Positions 54,319 through 64,000 of a stretch of 64,000 nt of DNA are shown here, piece after piece. Position 1 is the stretch's first letter, and every line of letters starts with the position of its first letter. This DNA is from Paragordius varius (taxonomy: Eukaryota; Animalia; Nematomorpha). The stretch lies in assembly GCA_964247055.1 (NCBI GenBank), contig OZ176052.1:11780001-11844000 (forward strand), given 5' to 3'. The notes under the pieces were generated by a model. The model saw nothing but the letters and a program-made list of their open reading frames with translations. It made no database searches and was not told where the DNA came from. Made by a program: the position numbers and the translations under genes.

Positions 54319-57300
54319 AAAATACATGAGAATGAGGAAACGATATAGGCATGATTGAATAAAATTTTATCAAGAGAAAGATTAGTCTATAAAATAATTA
54401 ACAATTTTAATAATTAGAACGAAGAGTCCCTCCAAGATTTAGTATAAAACCTCCTGACAAAATGATTATTCCGAAGTCTAATGGTAATAAATCCTATTTA
54501 GTGGATGAACCTAAACAAATTGTATGTGTCGCTATCGGGTCTCCGATGCCCTTGGTCAGATGGAAAGTTGATAAGGGTATTTTAAAATACATCAAATAAA
54601 AACTATATCTTTTTTGAATATCGAATTAATTAATTCCTAATTATGTTATCTAGATCCAGATTCCAATTTCGAAAATGTTATTTTGAATAATGAGCAGGAT
54701 ATTGATGATAATTTACGAGAAAGAGATCTCTTTCAAAATTTCTATCAAACATTCAAAACACAGGATTCAAACGAAACCATTTATGATCCGAAAATGGATT
54801 TATATCGAAAAAAGTAACTTAGCCTTTAAAAAATTACTGCTGAATATAGAAAGATGTCTATCAATGTATAAGATTTTCTATTTAATTTTTTAGTCCCTTC
54901 TTTGGAGCCGTTACTATAGGCAAAAATATTCTCAGGCTTCCATTTGATGGTTTATCTCGGGATGTCAATTTTACGTGTGTAGCCATTTCGAAATTGGGAA
55001 CACTCACTGCTACTACAATGATAATAGTTAAGGGTAAAATGATTATATAAATCAATTACAACATAATGTTTTGTTCTTAAGCCTATTTGTCTTTAGATCC
55101 GTTTCAAAATAATTTTTTTACAATAGCGAGGAAACCAAAAATTCTTTGCAATAAAAATTGTTCCGGAACCGGTATTGTTTTTGGTCGTTTTTTGGTTCAT
55201 ATTTTAAAAAATTCAAATATATCCTATTTTTTAATAGCATGTGGATGAGTTGCCGTATTATTACACAATGGAAAATGTGAGCTTTTAATTTTTAAAAAAC
55301 TTACTCTCGTAATTCAAGATAACGTAAAAACAATATTCAAAATGATATTTTGGACCGTATGGAACCGTGGTTTCTAAAATGTTTTGAAGTGAGTGTTGAA
55401 ACAGACGAAGCGCTTGATTCCTGTCCCAAATCCTTTAGATAATTAATTTAATATATATGACTCTATGTAATTCATATTTATATACAGATTTGCCATCTAG
55501 TCCATCGTATTTGGATGTCATTAATATGTCAAGTAGAAGTATTTCGATTAAATGGGAAAGAGTCATTAACTTGGATGAATCGTTGGATTTTTCCAACATC
55601 ACTTATCATATACAAGTTTATAATTTTTTTCTTTGATATTACTCACAATATAATGCATAGTACGATATGAAGTAATGATATATGCATGAATTATTTTAAC
55701 AGAGAGCAGTTTTATTATGGGACGTGTTGAAATTACAGTCATGTATCCTTTATTTTAAATTTATTTTCTTTTGTTAAATGGGTATAAATATTTGTTAAAG
55801 AATGGAAAAAACAAGGCTCTATGATATTAACAATATCATTTACAATCAAAAAAGTATTACCATAGGGCTCTTGTTTTTTCCATTCCTTACAAATATTTAT
55901 ACCCATTTAACGAAAAATTTTTTTGATAAAATATGATTGTAATATTACCCTTAAAACAGCTGTTCAATCTTTTCAATAATATGTTTTAAAATTATGGAAT
56001 GTTTGTCCTTTATATAATTGCTATATTCAATATTTTTATCGCATAACAATAAGAAAAATAATTAATATGATAACCCAATTAAATAAAAAGAAAATAGGCC
56101 CCTTGTATTTGCTATTTATAAGAATATTAATATTGAAAATTTAGTGAAACCATTTTTAATCATTCGGATCTTTTTGTACTATATTATTACACAATTATTT
56201 CGTTTATTTTATAGTTATTTACTATGCAATGGCTGACAATTTCAACCAATTTCATGGTGCTAAAAATAAAATATATGTTGTAGGTTTTTGAACAAAATTT
56301 AACCCGCGGAGATTGGGCGTCTAATTCGATTGATGATCCTCTTACTAACTTTGTCAAAATCCGTTCTTTGAAAAGTCGATATCCTTCTATAGTAATTAAA
56401 CATCTAAAACCCTTCACAGATTATCAGTTGCGCATACGAACAGTCATCGATTATGGAGCAGGGCCATGGTCAACACCGTTAAATTTCAAAACTTTGGAAG
56501 ATGGTATTAATACATAATTTATAGTTTTAATTTGTTTATTTTTGCGATTGATTTTTTTCATATTTTTCATTTTGGTATGATGTTGCTCAAAAAATCTAAT
56601 ATAATTATTACATAACTAAATAAATTTGTTCATGTATTAGTCCCCGAATCCCCGCCTAGTGAAATTAAGATCCGTCCAATGAGTCTAACCGAGATAAGTA
56701 TAAAATGGGACATTCCATCTAAACCAAATGGTCCTATACTAGTAATTGCATAATTTATCATTTCTTTCATTAAACACTAATAATCATTTACATTAATTGT
56801 TTTATATGGTGGGATTCAAAATATTTCTGTAATGATATATAGACATAAAATTTTACTCTGTTTTACCAAATTAAACGTTAAAGTTTAATGACGTAAAGAT
56901 ATTTCAACTTTTAAAAGTATATTGTATACACGATATCCTAATGATGATTAGGCTTACATAATCTATTACATTGCTGGAGCGACTTTTCAAACCCTTAAAC
57001 CATTTGAAATACCTGGTAAGAGTGCATCCATTTTTACCCATCCTTTACTCAATTATTCGATGGGGGCCGTTCCACTGCTAGATGTATGGACAAAATTAAC
57101 CATAACACATACGGATCAATCGCGATTAATTGTGTTTACTATTAAAGGACTCAAACCTCTTACCCTGTACACAATAAAAATGCAGGCGGTTAATTCCAAG
57201 GGTGTTAGCCCCATGTCGGAATCACTCTCTACTTTCACTTCGGTTTTGGGTGAAGATAATATTAATATCATATAATTAAATGTTTCATTATAACTCTAGT

Positions 57301-58501
57301 CGTAGGCTACGTTTAAATTTATCCGATAAATATGCATAATGCTTGTTTATTTCACACTAGTAGGCCAATTTGCAACACAGGAGTGTATGAAAAAAAGAAA
57401 GGAAATAATTGTTTCAACAATTGGTTGTTTTTTCCATACACCGTGTTGCGAATTGCCCAAGTGTGAAATACGCAAAAATGCATACTGTATATAAATTTGC
57501 TTAGCACGCAAAATGAAAGATTAAAAAATTTTTAAATGTTCATATTACAGAATAAATATTGTATAATAACTTGTAGATTTTATCGTTATAATTATCTTAC
57601 AATTTAGTACCAAGTGAAATACCAAAATTTACCGGTACACCCTTGTCCCCTTCATCCATAACACTAAGTTGGGATAAAAATTTAGATTTCCACATTCTTC
57701 GGTTTTATTATCTGGCCTATCATGGCTATAGCCCTGACCAGGACTCGCAACAAAAATCTATTAAAATAAATCACGTAAATTTTTATTAATTCACGATTTC
57801 TTATGACATATTTAGATTCAAAAAATATTTTTATTTTTTTATTTTTAGCCAGATATTCTCAGTTACACCTTATCTAACTTAACTCCAGATACTATGTATA
57901 CAATTTTTTTGATTCCGGCGAGCGACACTCATTGTGGTATCCCCTCACAACCATTATTATTAAGGACCCCAGTTCAAGGTATTATCTCTTTAGTGTCTGT
58001 CTGTTTTGCATGTGAATTTAATAACATTGTAAATATGTTGAATGTCAATTTATTTTTTTGCTTAAGTGGCTCGCATTACACCCATGTCAAAATCACCTCC
58101 AATAATAAATTTGGCAAACGTTTCATCCTGGTTTAAATTATTTGTGGACACTATCAACAGTCGCACAGTAAAAGTAACTCTTAAGATTGTGAAGCCTATT
58201 TCGTTCGCTCAAATTTCCCAGCTAAATTCATTAACATTACGCTGGGAACCTAGAGATGGTCTACCTGACAACTCATTTTCTCGAATCGTTTATGTTAAAC
58301 CGATTATTGAAAAATTTGCTAATAGTCACAGTTTAATGAATGCCTTACTACTTGATCAAACAATTAATGGATTGAAACCAGGAAATGTTTACATTTTCTC
58401 CTATACTTTTGAACTTTTGAATAATGTTAATAATCGGAATCATGGAACGAATCCGATTGCTGCTCCTTCGGATATGGTTGAATTACAAACGCTCGAAGAC
58501 G
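51694..58501 (+). CDS. Lar: LAR-family (type IIa; PTPRF/PTPRD/PTPRS-like) receptor tyrosine phosphatase, 5' part (~1070 aa: signal-like N-terminus, 3 Ig, 4 FN3). Exons: 51694-52267, 52442-52586, 53063-53223, 53366-53644, 53934-54047, 54418-54576, 54654-54813, 54894-55033, 55488-55615, 56284-56503, 56641-56741, 56952-57249, 57608-57774, 57849-57978, 58067-58501. Later exons not found in the window.
   Basis: All 15 exons join in phase with GT-AG. LAR-diagnostic segments include [77 protein letters not shown] and [18 protein letters not shown], followed by FN3 repeats. The phosphatase domains are not seen, so the family call rests on the ectodomain. Confidence 0.88.
55769..55916. repeat. Near-perfect intronic inverted repeat (55 bp arms, 37 nt loop)
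   Basis: gttaaatgggtataaatatttgttaaagaatggaaaaaacaaggctctatg pairs with catagggctcttgttttttccattccttacaaatatttatacccatttaac. Confidence 0.9.
57348..57470. repeat. Intronic inverted repeat or small MITE (123 bp)
   Basis: tatttcacactagtaggccaatttgcaacacaggagtgtatgaaaaaa pairs with tttttccatacaccgtgttgcgaattgcccaagtgtgaaata. TA is present at both ends. Confidence 0.8.
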
Positions 58502-61500
58502 GTAAATGCTTTTGTTGCTATTCTTTAGTTGAGCACGATTAAAATTGTTGCAAATTATAATGCTATAGTATTGATATTGATTAGTAAGATAAATTGAGTC
58601 ATTAATGTTTTTTATCTAGAATCTTTTCTGATATGTTTATTATTTTTTATACTTAATTTCCTTTTCGTTAGGTCGTTTTCAGATTTAAATTATCTTAATT
58701 GAAGAGGAATGTTTTATTAGCTATATACTCCCAAATATATATGCCTGAATCCAATTTAAAAATATTTATGCTATAGCCTTTTAGGGCATAATGCAAAAAT
58801 CCTTTTTGAAAATGTATAATTGGGAAATAATTATAAACGAAAACTTATAGCCGCCAATTTTTGGTACATTTTGTTGATGGCTTAAACTAAAAAATAAATA
58901 TATATTAAGGTTAAAAAATAAAATTAATTAATTAAAATTGTCATTAATTATTGGCAGCAAATATTTGATATATAGGTTTTAAGATCAGCTGTTATACAAT
59001 CTTTGGATGATAAATAAATATGCATACCTCTGTGAAGCTAATTATAGATGGATGAATTTTTTCGAAAATACAGTGTTAATATACATACTATTTATAATAT
59101 TTTATTTGTGAAAAATTAGAATACAATTGTATATGATTGTTGTAAGATTAAACAATATTGCAACAATCAAAAGTGAATTCAATTATAATTACATTTAAAA
59201 TTTGAACTAACTGTTATAATGAAATTATTATTAACAATCAATCCATTCAAATTTTTCAACAGCAACAATAATCAATTCCAACGATATTTTTTGTTAAAGT
59301 TTGAATTGTGCGATAAACACTAATATTGATTCGTTTTAGTAAAGTTGAGAGTTTATTAATTTAAATTTAATTTGGCATTTTTTATGAATTTTGCAGATTT
59401 AATTATCCATACTTATTTCCACATTAATCATCTTTATAATTTTGCAGCTTATAATTATAAGCCTAACAAGATGTTATTTTTTGTTTTAAATTTTTTAGGA
59501 TCCAAAAACGTTACCAATTTAAAATAGGATAGAAAATGGTCATATTGTAATTTTCAAATAATTTTGATGCTAAAATACTAAAAAGATGGTTAATGTAGTA
59601 ATATAATTAGGAATTTGTATTGACTTGAATTCGGGCACAGCGCTAATTCCAATCATCCAAATTACTTTAAAAGGCACAGTTAAAACTAAGCATAATTATT
59701 GTCAATAAACTAAACTATCTATAAATATCTCTCAATCGTTAATTCATATTCTTTCAGGTAAATTATTTTGAAATCTCCAGATCCCTATCACATAATATAT
59801 AATGTTGACTTTACAATTTTTGTTATCGGATAAGATCATTTAAATGAAACTACATTTCCAGATATTTTACTAAATCAAAATACCTGAGTCATTTTTTATA
59901 ATCATGTCCCTTTATGATATATAGCCTTTTTGGAGTTCAAATCAGCTTAGTGTCTTTGATTCTATTTTTAAAGAAAACGTATGTCACTTTGAATTATATG
60001 TTAAATTTTCCAACTAGGCAGGCGCTAATGAGCAAGAACTTTTTTGTAAGCACTCTATTCACTCAGTCAAAATGGTTTAGTAATAGCCAATGATATTTAA
60101 ATTTTCAGCTCAACTTATATAAAATTATAATCAAAATTGGAAAATCTTTTCATTCGGAAGAGAAGCCAACAATAATTTTATTCCCAAACGGAATAACTTT
60201 TTATTTGCAGATAAGTACCCCTTAACAGAATTTTTGAATAATTTACGCTTAGAAAGCAGTATATTAATTGAGTTAAACATTCGACTTTTTTTATCTAACA
60301 ATTGTTTGGCTTATGGTCATATTGGAATTACTTTTCCATGTATATAATTTTAACCAATTATTTATATCAATGGTTTAAACCAGGGATGTTATACACGCAG
60401 CCCTAGAACCTTGTTGTCCTACGAGATAGTGTGTTCGGCCAACAAAAATTTAAAACCACATATAACTAAAAATTCTTAAAATTGATATTTCAACAAATTT
60501 TGGCAACGAAACAGCAAAAATTGGTGAAATAAATAGTAGCTATATTGTCTCTGTAATTTTTACAGGCTTATGTTTGAGATCTAATAAAATATTTTTAAAT
60601 GCCTATATATCTTTTGAATGCAACTCTCCAGATTTCCTAATCAAAAATACGGCCGACGAAGCCACCCTTGATTTAAACTAACCCATCTATAGTGTAAGTT
60701 CATACAAATAACGCCAATAAATTCATTGGTTTTTCATATAAAAAGTATTGTAAATAATACTAAAGTAGCTCATTTAAGATATTCCCTCTATTGAACTGGC
60801 TCGACATTAGACGTTTAATGATGGGTCATAGAAAGTTGTGTCAAATATCTTAATATGGATGATAGTATTTTTATTTACATAAAAATGATTTTAATTGTGC
60901 GCAGCTGTGAACTTCACAATCGTAAATTTTGTGTATACAAAACATAGGTTTATGTTTTCATAAGGGGTGTTTCATGTATACTTTTTATTTTCTTTCTTAA
61001 AAACTTTTTCATTGAATAAATAACCATGTATACCTTTATAAAATACGATACATATTGTTGTTACCTTTGTGTGAATTTCTAATATAAAAAATATATTTAT
61101 ACATAAAATTGTATAAATATCCTTTTTTCTTTTTCCATTTCCAAATGATACCTTTACATTTACGTATTATCCATATTATCGTAATGAGAAATGTAAATAA
61201 GCAAAGTTCCAGCATAAAATTAAAAAATAATTATCATAATAATGAGTGTATGCACACGTAAAATTATAATATCTTCTTGCGATTCGAAGACTGCTGTATT
61301 GTACTAAATCATTCTCATCTATATATTTAATTTTAAAAACCTATTCCAAATTAATCCGCATTGAGCAACATTTACATATACAACGGCGAAATTAACTGTA
61401 CTAGAATAAACTATATTTCCCATCGCACCCTACTTAATATTCATTTGGCTTTAGTTTGGTTTTGGATTTTTCTCGTTTACATTCAAAATTTTCCGTTGTC

Positions 61501-64000
61501 ATACAAGGACAAAATTTTAATCATCGATATTATTTTTTAGTTTGTTGAGTTCAATCACCGCACTGTCCATATCTTTACTAAACCTACCTTTCAAACAATG
61601 TCATTTTTACCCTGTAAGAATACTTATGCCATAAATGCCTTGGAGAAATTAATATAATGCTTCAAAGGATGGTTAAACAAATAAAAATTCCACTATTTTT
61701 TCAATTCTGAGTATCCATATTCAAAATTCAATTTAACCTAAAATATTACATTTTAAAAAAGAAAAATCGCCATATTCCTTTTTGGATACAATATAACATA
61801 ACGTATCTAATTTAATGTATTAAAAATCGATATAATGAACCTTTGTATCATCTAAAATTCATATTTTTGGTGTATGCTGCTACAAACAAGCAATTCATCC
61901 ATCAGAAGAATATGCTATTATCTTTTATATAAATTTATATTTTCTTAAAACATGTAATCAATGTAGTATTATATTAAAATGTGATCCCTTATCTATTTAA
62001 CTACATCTCCTTTTCATTGTTACGCTGCTTGCATTAACCCAGCAGTCCAATTTGGATAATTCATGTTTTGTTTTCATTCATGAGGAGTGAAATGCTATTT
62101 ACTATATTTATGATCTATGTTGCTCTTGAATGGCCAATCCATTCAAATTTCATATCCCACAAAATAAGTCTCGAATCCAATAAACTCCTACAATTTTTGC
62201 AACTTAATTCCCGATTAAATTCGAATTCTGGCGAAAACTTGGGTACATTATAAAAATTTATAAATTTTGATCATTCCGGCAACATTGAGTTTTTTATGCC
62301 TTAAGGTTTTCCTTATAGTTTGCACTCATTAATTATTATAATCCCATTATTTTAAGAAAAAGTTGAGTATAACAGAGTTTAGCTCTTAGCAAGTGCCAAT
62401 TTTTTATATTAGTTTATAAAACCCCCAATAATGGATTTAAAAGCTTGCGAACGTGTGGGCTTATATGAATTGAACATTTTTAATTTAACGTTTACATACC
62501 ATGCGCGAATGTGTTTAATTACAAAAAATAACAAATACATATATATTAATTTTGTAATACAATGGAAAATTATTTTTAACATTGATTCAAATATTAACTA
62601 TCTTTAAAAAAATTTTACATTTTTGCTTGCAATCAGGTTCATTAATGTCATTGGCATCGTTTTCGATTCCATCTTATTGACGCATCACGGGCCACATAAT
62701 TATACATATATAATTATAAAACACAATCAAAAAACATTAACTTTAATATTTTTATGGAATGAATCACAATTATAATTAAAAAAATATTAAAAACACGTAT
62801 ATCTAATAGATAAAAGGTTTTTTAAGTTACACCGCCATGATTGCAAATGGAATAAGTGTGTGTGCTTTATAAAAAAAGGAAGTCACCATTTAAGTGTGTT
62901 TATGATTCAAAGTTAAAATAAAGCATTCTTTATAATTTTTATTTTGGATTTCAATTACTACACCTACTAAATTAGCTTTTATAATAAAATGTTTTACATT
63001 AACGGTTATACACAGTTAAAAAGGTCATTCCTATTTTTTGTATGTAATATAATGACACAAAGCTTTCCGTTATAATTTTTTTTATTTTTTGTTAACATAG
63101 TCTAATAATACATTTACATGTGTGGTAGTCCAATTAATGTAGACTTTTTGTTGCTTTTTTCAGTTATTGATTTTACAATACACTAAAAAAGCAATTTGAT
63201 ATCTGACCAATTTTAGGAAACATATTTTATAAATTCACATTAAATTTTGAGTTTAAGCTTAAGTTTTTGTGTAAAAGCATAGCAATATGAAAGGAAATGT
63301 TTGACCTAGTTTTAGATGCGAACAAATTATTATTACAAAGACAATGCACGGAGATTTTTAGATTTTTATATAGAATTTAACTTTCATATTTTCAGCCCTG
63401 GTAATGAATCACTTAAAATTGTTAAAACAACAATAGAATTCCAATTAAGAGACGTATTAATAAGGAATTATAAAATTAACGTTGTATATATAAATCATTA
63501 GTTCTTTTCCCCTTAATTATCGGAAAAGTTTAATGCACCTAATGTTATTATACTAACAAATATTGTGTAAAAAATAATTTAATTTGTCCACTAACAAACT
63601 TTGAGTTATATTAAAATGTTGTTCGTTTTACGACTCTTGCCTAATCCAATCCATGAAAAAGAAATTAAATTTTAATCTGTAGCTTATTCCGCTAAACTTT
63701 AATTTGTTACAGTTGCATATGGTGTAAAAACCATTAGTTTTTAAAATTAAACAAGTTTTTCCTATGTTATAGCATTGTCTTTTATTTTAGACGCTACTGT
63801 ATAATGATATTATTAATTTTATGACCATATATATTGTAGACAATGTTAAGTATTTTTTGCATAAGCATTTCTTTAATTATTTTTTATATAATATGTGAAT
63901 AAATTTTCTCCCTTTACATCATAATGCTAAAACACAGTCTGACTTTAGTCATTTAACAATATCAAGTTTGTTTTCAGATCGGCATGCTTTTGATCTTTGA

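Noticed and set aside
55661-55750. Possible micro-exon plus 31 nt intron inside Lar intron 9
   Set aside because: Inclusion runs into a stop (TGT TGA), and exon 55615 joins 56284 cleanly in phase 0.
57979-57993. Possible 15 nt intron gtattatctctttag in Lar
   Set aside because: The resulting frame is not FN3-like and closes at 58136. The acceptor at 58066 gives the continuous frame.
10292-58501. Non-standard genetic code
   Set aside because: All three gene models translate without internal stops and keep conserved Trp as TGG under the standard code.
58502-64000. Further Lar exons (candidates after ttttttag 59498 and ttttcag ~63977; ORFs 62068-62253 and 63316-63501)
   Set aside because: The phase-1 continuations hit stops quickly and show no FN3, transmembrane or PTP motifs. 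The gene presumably continues beyond the window.

Overview
This is an AT-rich eukaryotic, almost certainly animal, window; roughly a quarter GC by eye, not computed. Bases 1 to ~6530 are a 55-59 bp satellite array. Next comes a compact tail-to-tail gene pair: ALG6 (+, 14 coding exons, 509 aa) and a SEPT2-group septin (-, 11 coding exons, 350 aa). A ~34 kb gene-free stretch follows, filled with MITEs, a foldback-like element, a tRNA-derived SINE, decayed LINE fragments and (TA)n runs. The last gene is the 5' part of a LAR-type receptor tyrosine phosphatase (3 Ig + 4 FN3 resolved), which carries large lineage-specific insertions. The most striking signal is intron architecture. In both ALG6 and the septin, every CDS intron within ~530 nt of the ATG is 21-28 nt, and every later intron is 79-1055 nt. 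The two genes switch at nearly the same distance, +594 and +580 nt. All gene models were spliced by hand and most short ORFs in the supplied track are artefacts. The organism cannot be named from the sequence.
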